DNA from: Octopus sinensis
Taxonomy: Eukaryota
DNA length: 64,000 bases
Reading direction: 5' to 3'
NCBI RefSeq assembly: GCF_006345805.1
Contig: NC_043012.1
Coordinates: forward strand, 23,560,001 to 23,624,000
Shown: in pieces, positions 24,395-38,736 of the stretch
How positions within the stretch are numbered: the stretch's first letter is position 1
Layout of the letters: each line of letters begins with the position of its first letter
Notes under the pieces: model-generated
What the model was told of the DNA's origin: nothing
Database searches by the model: none
What the model saw: only the letters and a program-made list of their open reading frames with translations
Position numbers and translations under genes: made by a program

Positions 24395-25352
24395 ATAATG
24401 ACAGTGTCATACCTGGTTTTAATATGGTGGTATGGTGAAATTTCAGGTATCCAGCATTAAAAACTGGCCCATACAGTATTAAGTGCAGTACTTAGAAACA
24501 TAAAATGTAGAATTTGAAAAAATTTTAAAGTTTTCAATATTCTTGATTAAAAGTTATTGCTATTCATTGTATATTTACCATAGCAATTTAGCGCTGGTGA
24601 AACTAAACTTACAAATATGACAACTGCTACAAAAAAAAAAAAGAAAAGAGATTCAGAAACTCTATAGGAATAGAAATTTTTTGTTTATTTTCTTGTTTTT
24701 TTTTTTGTATTTAATTTTATTATTATTTTTGCTGAAGCGTTACTGCATCCACCCAGAAGTATAGAGTCAAGTGTTTCCCGGCCTCCACAGTGTCTACAAC
24801 TCCTTCTGATGCCAAGATAGATCAATGCGACGTACCAATGGGAACAAGACCAAGTAGAAAGGAGAAGAAAATAAAAATAAAAAGAAAAACAAAAACAGAT
24901 ACACATATATACATTGTGTGTGTGTGTGTGTGTGTATGTAGGTGTGTGTGTATCTATGTGAGAAAAGAAGTACAGAACAGATTCAAAAAAACTAGAATAG
25001 AAGAACAAGAAGAACAAAACGAGATAAAGAAATATTCTGCAATAGCTGAGTAAGAATGTCTAGAGGCGTTGATCAATGACTGAAGAATCCAAAGAGAAGA
25101 TGAGAAAAAGAGAAAAGAGTGGTGGGGGGGAGGTACTGACAGAGAAGGGATACTGGGATTAGAAGGAACAAAGGAAAACGGAATGAAGAGGGGGGAGAGA
25201 GAGAAAGGAAAGTGAAAGTATAAATAAAACAAAGAGAGGAATGATATATATACACATATATATACAAGCGTGCTTAGAAACATTTCTTCTTTCATATATA
25301 CACACACAACCATGCGTAGATATGTTCATTCTTTCATACATACACACACATG

Positions 25353-25401
<49 letters not shown>

Positions 25402-25470
25402 ATGTGTGTGTATGAGTGAGTGTGTGTGTATATATACATATGTCTGTATGTATGTGTGTATGCGTGTATG

Positions 25471-25506
<36 letters not shown>

Positions 25507-25690
25507 TACAGAAAGCATATAGAAGGAGGAGAAATCTTGGTGAGCATGAGAACATAGAAAGGGAAAAGGAAAATGAAGAGGTGGAGGAGGAGGAGTAGAA
25601 AGAGAAATGGTAGTTGAGAGTTTGAAAGAAGAAAAGTAAGGAAAGAAGTGAGCCAAAGTTATGGTCTCTCAGTTCTGTTTAGTAGTTACT

Positions 25691-25803
25691 AGCTTCAAGT
25701 AGTGAACGCCCAGCTGGAACGATATTTCTTCAAGTAGGTAACTGATTTCAGGAATGGAGAAGGGGCTGGCATGATCAATAGTATGTTTATCCTAAGGGGT
25801 CAA
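25691..25803. repeat. Unassigned ~120-bp interspersed repeat, copy 2
   Basis: Direct repeat of 24276-24394, clearly diverged. Confidence 0.75.
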
Positions 25804-26094
25804 GGAACAAACAGAACTTTCTCCCTAAAAATGTCTGCCAGACATTCTTCAAGCTATACCAAGCACTACTGAACAGGGACGCAAACTTTGTTTTATTAGT
25901 TTTTTTGGGGGGTTTTTTTTTTATATTTAAAATTTTATTTACTTTTTAATCTTTATTTTAAACTACTGCTGTTGCAGTTGTGTTATTTAGTATAATGGCA
26001 CTTTTTAGCACCCCACCCCCACCCCCACCAAATTAACTTTGAGTACAATAGCATAGCGGAACTACCATAATACACAATATATATGCACACATAA

Positions 26095-26147
<53 letters not shown>

Positions 26148-26501
26148 TATATTTATGCATACACACACACCCCCACACACACAAATGCATACACATATCT
26201 TTTACTCTTTTACTTGTTTCAGTCATTAGACTGCAGCCATTCTGGAGCATCGTCTTGAAGAATTTTTGGTGAAAGGAATCAACCACAGGAATTAATTACA
26301 TTTTTAAAGCCTGGTGCTTATTCTATTGGTATCTTTTTTTCCCTGAACTGCTAAGTACATACACATATGGATATATGTACACATACACACATACACATAC
26401 AAAATCACACACTAGCTCATCCATGTGCAAAAACATAATACTCATCTAAGCAGAGTTTAACAGACCCATAATCTTACTAATCCACATGATTGCAAGTTGA
26501 T

Positions 26502-26928
26502 GAATCCTTTTGAAACTAATCTGTCTAATACAGCTCTGGTTCTCATACAAACTTCATGTTTTACTTTAACCCTTTAGTGTTCAGATTATTCTATCAAACA
26601 ATATGTTTATTGGTTCACACTGATTTGAATTAATCATGCATTATCTCATATCTTCAAGATCTTGATGGTGTAATTACTTAATGTAGAATAACATTGTAGG
26701 GTAGGTGTGAGAGCCTGGATCTGGTCAGTTTGAACATAAAACAGATTAAATATTTTGGCCGGATGTGGCCAGTTTAAATACTAAAGGGTTAAAACCTTCC
26801 ATCAAAATCTGATGTTAATTTCCTGTTAATGATAGAATTATTTTACTAAATTCTTTATTTATTATGTTCAAAACAAATGAAACAAACGTAATTTATTTCA
26901 ACAAAAATAAGGTAACAAAAGTGTTCAA
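26502..26928. mobile_element. Old MITE (family M1) interrupted by an M2 MITE
   Basis: Halves align in reverse orientation to the M1 copy at 30741-31002 (CTCTGG.TCT, TTTTACTAAATTCTTT, GGTAACAAAAG). Confidence 0.6.
26566..26792. mobile_element. piggyBac-like MITE (M2) with TTAA target duplication
   Basis: TTAA|CCCTTTAGT ... ACTAAAGGG|TTAA. Confidence 0.8.
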
Positions 26929-27028
26929 ATGATCTGAATTAAAAAAAAACCTCCATGAAAATTTACTTTGTGCAGTGGGACTGAACCTGATAAATGAGAA
27001 AGTGGAAAATGCAAAATTCGTAACCATA

Positions 27029-27413
27029 GGCGCAGGAGTGGCTGTGTGGTAAGTAGCCTGCTAACCAACCACATGGTTCCGGGTTCAGTCCCACTGCGTG
27101 GCATCTTGGGCAAGTGTCTTCTGCTATAGCCCTGGGCCGACCAATGCCTTGTGAGTAGATCTGGTAGACGGAAACTGAAAGAAGCCAGTCGTATATATGT
27201 ATATATATATGTGTGTGTTTGTCCCCCTAGCATTGCTTGACAACCGATGCTGGTGTGTTTATGTCCCCGTTACTTAGCGGTTCAGCAAAAGAGACTGATG
27301 AATAAGTACTGGGCTTACAAGGAATAAGTCCCGGGGTCGATTTGCTCGACTAAAGGCGGTGCTCCAGCATGGCCGCAGTCAAATGACTGAAACAAGTAAA
27401 AGAGTAAAAGAGT
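27029..27413 (+). mobile_element. S1 SINE, full length, young
   Basis: GGCGCAGGAGTGGCTGTGTGG ... (GTAAAAGA)2 tail. Confidence 0.9.
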
Positions 27414-27665
27414 ATAAAGCCATTCTAATATTATACACGAAATTAGTATTGTACAAACATGATCCATGAATCTTCAGCATGCTTTTGGCTTGGAACTGTC
27501 ATCGCTAGTGTCATAGATGTTGCGTTAATGTCCCTTTTTCCATGCTTGTATGGGTTGGATGGTGTATATTGAAGCAGATTTTCTATGGCCAGATGCCCTT
27601 CCTGTTGTTAAACCTCACCTGTTTCCAAGTAAGATAATATTTCTCCCTTATCAGACATGGTCACA

Positions 27666-28100
27666 CATCATCATCATCATTGTTTAACACCTGCCTTCCA
27701 TGCTGGGGTAGATGGAATGGTTTGACAGGAGCTGGCCAGGCAGAAGCCTGTACCAGACTTCTGTGACAGTTTTGGTAAGATTTTTACACCTGGATGCCTT
27801 TCCTAACACCAACCACTCAGTAGAGTGGACTTAGTGCTTTTTAGGTGGCACAAGCACAAGCGAGGTCAGTTTTGGCAAGGATTTTACAGCTGGATGCCCT
27901 TCCAAACACCAACCACTGTGGACTGGGTGCTTTTAAGTGGTACCTGCACTGACAGGATCACCGTGTAACTTGCAAGACGAAAACTTTTTGAGATGGGAAA
28001 GGGCAGTGGAGGAGGTGATCTTGTGTCAGATGATGAAAAGTTATAGTGAGACAGAAACAGGTGTCATGCTGTAGAGGAGGTACAAGGTTGCTCAACTGGA
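27666..28100 (-). mobile_element. S3 subfamily b (two GGAAGGGCATCC units), homologous to 46820-47250
   Basis: Shared GATCTTGTGTCAGA, CATGCTGTAGAGGAGGTACAAGG and tandem GATGCC(C/T)TTCC.AACACCAACCAC units. Confidence 0.75.
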
Positions 28101-28124
28101 GATAGATAGATAGATAGATAGAGA

Positions 28125-28160
<36 letters not shown>

Positions 28161-28289
28161 AGGATATTGGAAAAGAAATGACACTGCTTGTATAGCAGGG
28201 ACACTCATTTACTACAATAATGCAATATTGTTGCAAGGACACACAGACATTCACATACACACATACATATACATACCTCCACACATAAA

Positions 28290-28450
28290 CATTCATTTAC
28301 ACACATGCACTTCTCTTATTCCTTTCTGCTGAAGAGTGTAGGTTCGAAACATAAAAGACTTTTCCATTTTTCCTGAGCATCAAACCAATACACTTGCTTG
28401 TTGTTCATACATCTGTCTTTGTCTTTTGTTTTCAATAAATTTCAACTATA
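28290..28450 (+). mobile_element. H-A short element with degenerate hammerhead motif at 28322-28357
   Basis: CTTT CTGCTGA AGAGT gtag GTTC GAAAC ATA AAAG; homologous to 733-915; followed by (TA)n. Confidence 0.55.
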
Positions 28451-28480
28451 TGCATACATATATATATATATATGCATACA

Positions 28481-28521
<41 letters not shown>

Positions 28522-29419
28522 TCACCATTTAACATCCACTTTCCATGCTAGCATGGGTTGGACGATTTGACTGAGGACTGGAGAAACAGATGGCTGCACC
28601 TGGTTCGCCAGTCAATATACAGATATGCTTATATACACACACACACACATATATATATATATACATAAATACATATATGCATATACATAAATACATATAT
28701 ATAAATACATATATATACACACATAAATACATAGATGCATAAACAGACACACATACACACACAATGATGGACTTCTTTCAGAGACTGTCTACCAAATATT
28801 ACAAGGCTTTGGTTCAACCAAGGGCTATAGTAGAAAACACCCAAGACACCATACAGTGGGACTGAGCCTTGAGCCTTGTGATTGGGAAACAGACTTCTTA
28901 GCCAGACAGTCATATGGACAGATATATCAAACAATGTTACCATGGATATCGTAAATGTAAGATGAGTGAAACTGAACCCACTCCCTTGCCATCTCCAGTA
29001 AATACACCAGTGGCTGAAACTGAACTTGTTGCATCCGTCATAACTTTGTCCTGGAATTCATCAAGATTTTTGAAGATACATTTGCTAAGTCATTTTTTTC
29101 TTACATACGAAATTTCATTTTTCTAGACATTTTGGCTCCGCAGTACTACTTCTCCCCTACCACACACACACACACACATATGTATGTATGTATGTATGTA
29201 TGTATGTGCATCTAAACACATACATGCTCATACATGTCAGACTAATACCAATAGACACAACAAAAATATACAAAATGAAAAGTAAAATGTTTGTGTGCAA
29301 ATTTGAGTGTGTGTGTGTATATACATACATATATATGTTGTCCTAATACACTTACTGTCTATATTCTTTTGTTGTTTTCATGTCAATTTTCAATCTGCCT
29401 ATATAGATATTTGTGGTCT

Positions 29420-29830
29420 ATCTATCTATCTATCTAGCTAGCTAGCTAGCTATCTGTCTGTTTGCCTGCCTGTCTGTCTATCTATATATCTATCTGTCTA
29501 TCTATATATCTATCTATCTATTTGTCTATCTATCTATCGATTTGTCTATCTATGTGTCTATCTATCTATCTTTTTTTTTTTAATTTTATTTTATCCCCCC
29601 CCCCTTTTTTTGTCCTCTTTCTTTCCATTTTCGATCCCTTTTGATCGAAAACCAAACCCCCTTCTTTTACCCCCAAAAGAAAAGCTCTACCTTGTAATTT
29701 TGTCCTGTCTGTGTGCAGCCCTGTGTGGCTAATAAAGAAACATATCTATCTATTTATCTGTCTGTCTGTCTGCTTGCCTGCCTGTCTACCTATCTATTTG
29801 TCTATCTGTCTGTTTATCTATCTATCTATA
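29420..29830. repeat. (TATC)n/(TGTC)n tetranucleotide arrays around an unrelated ~150-bp insert
   Basis: Directly visible; the insert ends AATAAAGAAAC. Confidence 0.8.
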
Positions 29831-30740
29831 TAAGTATATATATTTGTATGTGTTTGTGTGCATGTGTTTATGTACATGGTGTGTGCGTGTATGCACAAAC
29901 ATATGTGTTTAGTTTTCCTGGCATATAATAGTATTTTTGCTCATAACAAAAGAAAAGCAATCAAATTATAAATAAAACAATAAGGCCCTTTACTTGAATC
30001 TGAAACAACCTAAGTATTTATCACAAACTACTACAAGCAGCACAGTTCTACATTTGCATACACCTGATGTTATATACACCCCTATTTTAATCTACTACTA
30101 ATACTACTACTATCTAATACAGTTTCCAATGTATATTGTGGTTAGGTACACAAATACCTAACTTCCATGGAAATCAGTGAATGTTTCAAATAGGCTTCCA
30201 CACAGTTTCCATCTACCAAATTTACTCACAAGGTTTTGGTCAAGCTGTGACTGTAGAAAATGTTTGTGCAAGGTGCTGTATAGCGGGGCTGAACCTGAAA
30301 CCACATCATCGCAAAGCCAGCTTCTTGACCACACAGCCATGATTTTGCCTTTGTATGTGTGAGTGTGTGTGTGTGAGTGTGTTCAATGCGTGTGTGCATA
30401 TACACACAAAAATACAACTGTGCATGTATGCAATGTGTAAATGCATGTATGTGTGTATACATAGATGTGTATATAAATAAATAGATGGATGCACATACAC
30501 ACATAAGTATGTATATGTAGATAATATGTAATTGTGTGAGTCTGTACGTGTGTGTGTGTGTGTGTGTGTGTATGTGACTACAGAACATTCTGGGTAATTT
30601 TTACATGCATCTGCTTTTCCGTTACCGTTTCTCATTCATGAGCCCTTTTTCTATTTCCAGCAGAGCACTATCATTTACTTTTACTCTCATCTCAAAATTT
30701 TCATATCACTTTTTTCATCTTTCAAAGATTTTCACTGCCA

Positions 30741-31002
30741 TTAACCCTTTTGTTCCCATATTCTGTCATCATCATCATCATCGTTTAACGTCCGTTTTCC
30801 ACGCTAGCACGGTGTTTCTTTCAATTAATTTTAGATATAACAAAGAATTTAGTAAAATAACATCGTTATCATGAAGCTAGTGTTAGGAACATAAATTGTG
30901 ACTAAGGTTTCGTGGAAGATTTTAATTCAGAACTTATGAACACAAGACATTTGTACTCAGAGCCAGAGCCGGTTTCAGCCGGGTTGGTATCCAAAGGATT
31001 GA
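30741..31002. mobile_element. piggyBac-like MITE (M1) containing a small S3-tail insertion
   Basis: TTAA|CCCTTTTG ... CCAAAGGA|TTGA; insert CATCATCATCGTTTAACGTCCGTTTTCCACGCTAGCACGG near 30766-30812. Confidence 0.7.
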
Positions 31003-31061
31003 TTCACAACAATCTCCATGCCGACAGCACAAAAAACAGTTGGTACATAAATCCAATGGTC

Positions 31062-31287
31062 TTAACCCTTTAGCAATTAATCCAGCCACATTCAGCCCAG
31101 ATGTCCGGCTGTTTTATATTCAAACTAGCCTGATCTAGCCTCTCAAACATATTCAATAATGCCATTCTAAAAATAAGCTTTTACATCACTGAAAACTCAA
31201 AGCTATGAGATAACAGATGATTGACTGAAAATGATAAGAATGAATATGTAACGCATTTGGCAGAGGAATCTGTTTGCTACAGGTTTA
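31062..31287. mobile_element. M2 MITE, opposite orientation to 26566, diverged
   Basis: TTAA|CCCTTTAGC ... GCTACAGGTTTA; internal GCTATGAGATAA matches revcomp of TTATCTCATATC. Confidence 0.7.
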
Positions 31288-32224
31288 CAAATTATTCTCA
31301 GACATTAAGACGGGTGTGAATTATGTTTTGGTATAAATAAATGACAGACACAAGACTGAACTAAAATGGAAGGAAACAATATTGTAAAGACCGCTTGCTT
31401 CATTCATCAGTATATTTGGAAATTCTCTCAGAGTTAACCAATATAAAAATGCAGTCAGAACAGTTGGTGATGCCATGGAAGAATATCTTTATTGGGAACA
31501 TTGATTAACAGTTCTATTTATATACTAAATAAATTATAATTTCTGGATAAATTCTTGTGTATGTTCTATTCTATTTATGGTGGCTTTCACCACTGATTAG
31601 CATCAAATACCTACTTTAGAGGTCAAGGTCAGTATTCCAGAAAGGAATGTCTACAACATCTTGGAATATTCTTCTCAAGATTTCCCTCGAAATTTGTTAT
31701 AGAGACATAGGTATATATCTAATTATCTGTCAATTAATTTCTTTCAGTCTGCCTCCCTCCCTCTCACTCTCTCTCTCTCTCTTTAAATTTATGTGGGGTG
31801 TGTGTGTATTATATATATATACACAGGTACCTCAAAAGTAAATAGATGCACTTCACAAGACTGTTTTATCTATGCAGAAACTACCCATTAGTCCAATGAC
31901 CAAACAAGTCAAATCATCAACATCTGCTCAAGGCATCATGTCTACTAAATACCAGATTCAGCATTTAAATGTATCAAATAACATATTTCGTTTTGCTGCA
32001 AGAAATAAATCTTCAAAAAATAATGGTGTCTATTTACTTTTGAGATGTGTGTGTGTATTTGTGAGTATAGGTATCTATTTATCTATCTTTTTGTATATAC
32101 CTCATCAACATTATCATTTTGACATCCACTTTTCTATGCTTGCATGGGTCAGACAGAATTTGTTAAGGCAGATCTTCAATGGTTGCATGCAATTCCCATC
32201 ACCAGCCTGTGCTAGTAGGGTGCC

Positions 32225-32597
32225 AAGCGCACCATCCAAGCGTGATCATTGCCAGAGCAGCCAACTGGCTTCCATGCCAGTGGCACATAAAGGGACACCA
32301 TTCGAGTGTGATCATTACCAACATCACCTTACTGGCACCTGTGCTGGTGGCATGTGTAAAAGGATTCGAGCAAGGTCGTGCCAGTACCGCCTGACTGGCC
32401 CCCGTGCCGGTGACACGTAAAAAGCACCCATTACACTCTCAGAGTGGTTGGCATTACGAAGGGCATCCAGCTGTAGAAACCCTGCAAAATCAAGATTGGA
32501 GCCTGGTGCAGTCATCTGGTTTGCCTGCCCTCGACAAAATCGTCCAACACATGCTAGCATGGAAAGCGGACATTAAACAATGAGGATGATGATGACC
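32225..32597 (+). mobile_element. S3 copy with (GAT)n tail
   Basis: GGCACATAAAGGGACACCATTCGAG...GAAGGGCATCCAGCTGTAG...GCATGGAAAGCGGACATTAAACAATGAGGATGATG. Confidence 0.85.
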
Positions 32598-34140
32598 CTC
32601 ACGTGCTTCAAAGCTAGATTAATATTTTCTCAAAGATGGACATGTTTCTGTGGAAGATTGCAAGTGAATAACATTGGCTGTATGACAGCGACGCTTATGT
32701 TAACAATTGTCACAGAATGTCAAGTTAAGGAGCACAAGTACACAGATGGAAAGAGCCCTAGATATATGGCAATCCTTGGATCCAACTTAATGTGACTGAT
32801 TTATTTGAAAGCTGAATACTGTGACATTCATCTTGAGAGGTTCTCCTTACAGCAGACAAGAATTGTCTGGTATAGATGCTGGAATAGCCAGATCCCATGA
32901 TTTCAGTGTAGTGTACTTTTTCAGTGGCAGGCATCTGCTGACTACATACCAGCCAAATCATGCAGCCATGATATTTAGAATATCATTCACTGATGTTGCA
33001 AATAGCCAGGAAGCTTAGGAACAAATAATTGTTACTGACAGAAGCAGCGTTAGTACCAAAGGGCAATCTGCATATCCAACTTAATGTGAATGTCATGTTA
33101 CACAGGCTTCTTTGAAATTATGTCTACAAAATTCCATTCACAAGGCTTTGGTTGGCTCAGAGCTACAGCGGAAGACACTTGCCCAAGATGTCACACAATG
33201 GGACTGAACCCGGGACTATGTGGTTGGGAAATAAACCAGGCTGCACCCTGATGTTAACATAGCATTACCTGAGTGGATATTTCCATCATTAGACATTTTC
33301 CATATGTTTTTTCATCTTCTGTCTTTTACTTGTTTCAGTGATGAGGCTGTGGCCATGCTGGAACACCATCAAGAATAATTTTTGGTTGAATGAATCTGTC
33401 TCTTGTGCCGAACCACAAAGGTAGGGGACATAAACACACCAACACACACACACACACATATATATAGGAAAGAAAATTAGATGTCAAAGGGATAAATTTT
33501 TACCTTACCAACTTAGCTAACGAAGTTCAAATGATAATTAACTATTCCTTAATTATCTCATTTTCTTGTCATTGCTCTTAACTTGTCTAATGCTTCATTC
33601 TGAAGCATACGTGTATTGAGTTCTACACTAGGTTATTAGTCTTGCAATGCCTAAGCAAAATATATACAGCAGGATTCATTCAGTTTCCATCAACGAAATC
33701 CACTCACAAGACTTTGGTCGACTCAAGGCAATATTGGAAGATGCTTTGCCTAACATGCCGTGCAGTGGGAGGGACTGAACCCGGAACCATGTGGTTGGGA
33801 AGCAAGCTTCTTACCACACAGCCACACTTGCACCTACCCTAATTTCATTCCCACACTTTGAGAAATGCAATTCATTCCTGTACTCTCCTAAGTGTCTAGT
33901 TAGATTATTCCACTGCGATCCAAGTACCAATATTCTTCATATTGTCTGCCACATTATTCTAGTATTTCTTCTCAAGGATTGATCACATCACTGAAATTAT
34001 TCATTGATTAATTCATTCAAATTTCTGTGCCAATCATGATACAATTCTCAGGAAGCCGAACTGATTTATACAAGATGATCCGTTATATTACATTTTATAA
34101 ATACACACACACACACATGTACATATATATATATATATAT

Positions 34141-34340
34141 GTACACACATCTGTGTTTCTATATATATATATATATATATATACAAACATATACATATAT
34201 ATATATATATATATATGTACACACATCTGTGTTTCTATATATATATATATTATATATAACAAACATATACATATATATATATATATATATATGTACACAC
34301 ATCTGTGTTTCTATATATAATTATATATATATATACAAAC

Positions 34341-34371
<31 letters not shown>

Positions 34372-34441
34372 GATATATATATATATATATATATGTACAC
34401 ACATCTTGTTTCTATCTATATATATATATATATATACAAAC

Positions 34442-34472
<31 letters not shown>

Positions 34473-34752
34473 GATATTATATGTACACACATCTGTTTTC
34501 TATATATATATATATATATATATAATACAAACATATACATATATATATATTAATATACCACAATCTGTGTTTCTATATATATATATATTATATGTACACA
34601 CATCTGTGTTTCTATATATAATATATATATATAAATATATACAACATATACATATATATATATACTACACACATCTGTGTTTCTATATATATATATATAT
34701 ATAAACATATATATATATTAATATATATAGATAGATACACACATCTGTTTTC

Positions 34753-34784
<32 letters not shown>

Positions 34785-34845
34785 ATATATATATATGTAG
34801 ACACACACATCTGTGTTTCTATATATATATATTATATATATATAC

Positions 34846-34891
<46 letters not shown>

Positions 34892-35036
34892 CATCTGTTT
34901 TCTATATATATATATATATATATACATATATATAGATGTACACAACTCTGTGTTTCTATATATATTATATATATAGATATACATATATATATATGTACAC
35001 ACATCTGTGTTTCTATAATATATATATATATACAAC

Positions 35037-35074
<38 letters not shown>

Positions 35075-35130
35075 CTGTGTTTCTAATATATATACAAACA
35101 TATACATATATATATACAAACATATACATA
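34141..35130. repeat. Minisatellite: 14 copies of GTACACACATCTGTGTTTCTA separated by variable (TA)n/CAAACATATACA linkers
   Basis: Units counted by eye, starting near 34141, 34217, 34293, 34395, 34483, 34556, 34594, 34665, 34736, 34797, 34885, 34938, 34995 and 35066. Confidence 0.9.
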
Positions 35131-35153
35131 TATATATAATATTATATATATAT

Positions 35154-35197
<44 letters not shown>

Positions 35198-36204
35198 TAT
35201 TATATATATATATATGAATATTGTATGTATTGTATACACATATATGGGTACACACATGTATATATATATATATATTCTATATAACAATGTAAATACACAC
35301 ACACACATTTATATACAAATGTAAGTATATACCTATACATATATGCAATATATTTATGTCTCTCTATATGTGTGTGTGTAATATATACTTTTATAAACAT
35401 ACATAAGATATATTCATATTTCTACTAAACATATATTTATATATATATATATATATATATATAAAGAGTAACATATATATATATTCATATATATACATAC
35501 ACAATATATATATACACACACACACAGTATAGTTTATATACATACATATATGCACTCAATACATAATTCACACATTCTTGCTCTCCCTGATTTAATTGAA
35601 TTAGTTTGAAGAAATTTTACTTCATATTATTTCTCCATACTTATCAATAGTTTCCTTTCCATTTAGGTTGCTGTTTCTGATGATGATGATGATGTGAACA
35701 ACAATGTACACTTGTTTGCTGATGATATATACACAAACATCTCTGTATGTGAGTGTGTATGTATATATATATATATGTGTGTATATAATATATATATATA
35801 TGTGTGTGTATATATAGTATATATGTGTGTATATATATATATGTGTGTATATATATATATATATATGTGGTGTTGTATATATATATAATGTGTGTTATTA
35901 TATATATGTGTGTATATATATATATATATGTGTGTGATATATATATATATATATGTGTGTTTATAATATATATAATATATATATGGGTGTGTGTATATAT
36001 ATTATATATATATATATATTATATATATATATTATCTATATATATATATATATATGTTATATACTATATATATATATATGTATGTATATATATATATATA
36101 TTATATCTATAAATACACCCACACACAATTGTGTATGTATAGATGTGGGTGTGTGTGTGAGAGAGAGAGAGATCATTTAATTCATTTTGTAAGTCTTTTT
36201 GAGA

Positions 36205-36242
<38 letters not shown>

Positions 36243-36728
36243 TAATAATAATAATAATGATGATGATAATAATAATAATAATATAAATAACAATAATAAT
36301 AATAATAATAATAATAATGATGATAATAATGGTAATAATAATGATGACAGCTGGAGACAACAACTCTAAAGCAAATTTTAATCAAAGAAATTTAACACTG
36401 GAGAACAATTCCTAAGTTATCTCTATGTATTTGCAATATAATCTTTATGTCACCAATAAATATAAACAAACAAAATAAAAAAAAAAAACGAAGAATGAAA
36501 TAAAAATAATTAGCTCATACACAAATAAAGATATAAGTTAGACAAAAAAAAATGCTATTCAGAAAGCAAGTGTATTTTGTGGTTTTTAAGAAAAAAGATT
36601 AAAATACCTTAAAAAAAAAAATTTTGAAATATTCTTCAAATCAAGATTGATTTGTATCTGAAATTGATATTGTGTGTGTGTGTGTGTGAAGGGAGAGAAA
36701 GAGAAAGATAAACAGATGGATATGCAGG

Positions 36729-36763
<35 letters not shown>

Positions 36764-36939
36764 CACTGTTCCTTTTTTTCTGCTTTCTCTCTTATTGTTG
36801 TATTAATCCATTAAACCCCAGTAGTGTAAATAAGTTCTCAGAAGAGTACTTTCCATCATCTCAGCATTTAATAATAATAATAATAATAAAAATATTAAAT
36901 ATAATAATCATAAAAATAAAACAATGATGATGATGATAT

Positions 36940-38200
36940 TGATGGAAGTTGAGTGACTGGACAAAATTAGATGTGGTAGGCTATTTTAATTTCGTTTTTC
37001 GACATAGTGAGTTCAAATTCTTGCTTGGTATAAAGCTAGTGTTTTATACTTTCGGCCTCTATGAAATAATTACCAGAAATATGTAGCTGATTAACATCAA
37101 CCCCAGTACATAACTGAAACATACTTTATCAACTCCAAAGGGATGAAACATAAAGTCATTCCCCAGAAGGATTTGAACTCAGAACATAGAGGGCTACAAC
37201 TCTTTTATTTATTTTTTTTCTCTGCTTTTCCCTTTTTGATACTTCATTATCATCCACATATTAAAATGAATAAATGATAAATAATTACAAAATCTGAATT
37301 AACAACAACAACAATAATAATGGTTTCAAATTTTGGTGCAAGGCCAGAAATTTCGGGGGGGGGGGTAAGTCAATTACATTGACCCCAGTGTTCAACTGGT
37401 CCGTATTTTATCCACCCCAAAATGATGAAGGGCAAAGGTAACCTCAGTGGAACTTGAAATCTGAATGCTGCTAAGCATTTTGTGTGGTGGGTTAATAATT
37501 CTGACAGCTTGTCACCTTAGCAACAACAACAACAACAACAACAATTGTTTCTACTATAGACACAAGGCCTAAAATTTGTGGGAATCAGGGATAGTTAATT
37601 ACATGAACCCCAGAACACAAGTGGTACTTATTTACATGAACCCCTGTAAGGATGAAAGTCAAAGCTGATCTTGGTAGAGTTTGAACTCTGAATGTAAGCT
37701 GAACCAAATGCCACAAAGTATTTTGTGTGGTGGGCTAATGATTCTGCCAGCTCACCACCTTAAACAACAACAATAATCCTTTCTACTGAAATTTTGAGGG
37801 GAGGGGCTAATCAATACTAACGACCCTAGTACTTGACTAGTTCTTTATTTCCCATAGAAGGATGAAAGGCAAAGCTGAGCTCAGTCAGATTTGAACTGTG
37901 GATGTAAAGAGTCGCAACAATTACTGCAAAGCACTTTTTCCGACACTTTAATGAGTCTGTCAACCCATCACTCTCCATATCTTTTTTTGTTGTTTATTTA
38001 TTTCTTTTTTGGTTCCTTTTCAAATATAGTCACAAGGCCTGAAATTTTGTGAGGAAGTTAATTGATTAAATTAACTCCAATCAGTTCTTTATATTCTCAA
38101 CCCTCAGAAAAAACAAAATGCAACACTGGCTTTGGCAGGATTTGAACTTAAAATGCAAAGAACATAAACAAATACTTCAAGTCATATTTCCCTTCATATA
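36940..38200. mobile_element. Cluster of five to six diverged S2 SINEs, mostly minus strand, joined by (AAC)/(AAT) tracts
   Basis: Repeated CAAGGCC(T/A)GAAATTT tails and GATTTGAACT B-box revcomps at about 37170, 37450, 37680, 37890 and 38160. Confidence 0.7.
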
Positions 38201-38576
38201 ATAATTCTGTTATCCCACCCACACCCACCCAATCCATTCCAAGCTCTGCATTTCTTGTTGCAGTAGTTCTTTAGTTTACAAGTCAGCATCGAGAGAGATA
38301 GAGAGAGAGAGTCCTTTATCCAGAATATTCGAGGTGACTGGGACCACATTGGCTTTTATTCAGACAGCTTAGTGCATCATGGAGTACATTATCTAATGTA
38401 TCTTTCTTTTTTCTCAGGTGAAAGAATAACATTTGAAGGTTATCCAGCTGCAGAAAGCAAACCAAAGTACACTTTACAGCTCATCGCAGTCATATGGCTC
38501 ATTGGATCCTGTCAAACTGACCAACTCTTGCCAGCATGGAACACAAACATTAAATGATGATGATGATGATGATGAT

Positions 38577-38736
38577 GCAGGAGTGGCTGTGTGGTAAGTA
38601 GCTTGTCTACCAACCACATGGTTCTGGGTTCAGTCCCACTGCGTGGCACCTTGGGCAAGTGTCTTCTACTATAGCCTCGGGCCACCAAAGCCTTGTGAGT
38701 GGATTTGGTAGACGGAAACTGAAAGAGCCTGTCGTA
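38577..38736 (+). mobile_element. S1 SINE 5' half, cut by an assembly gap
   Basis: GCAGGAGTGGCTGTGTGGTAAG...GAGCCTGTCGTA followed by Ns. Confidence 0.85.

Noticed and set aside
34141-35130. Repeat-spacer appearance suggesting CRISPR
   Set aside because: The spacers are just (TA)n length variants, the context is eukaryotic, and no cas genes are present.
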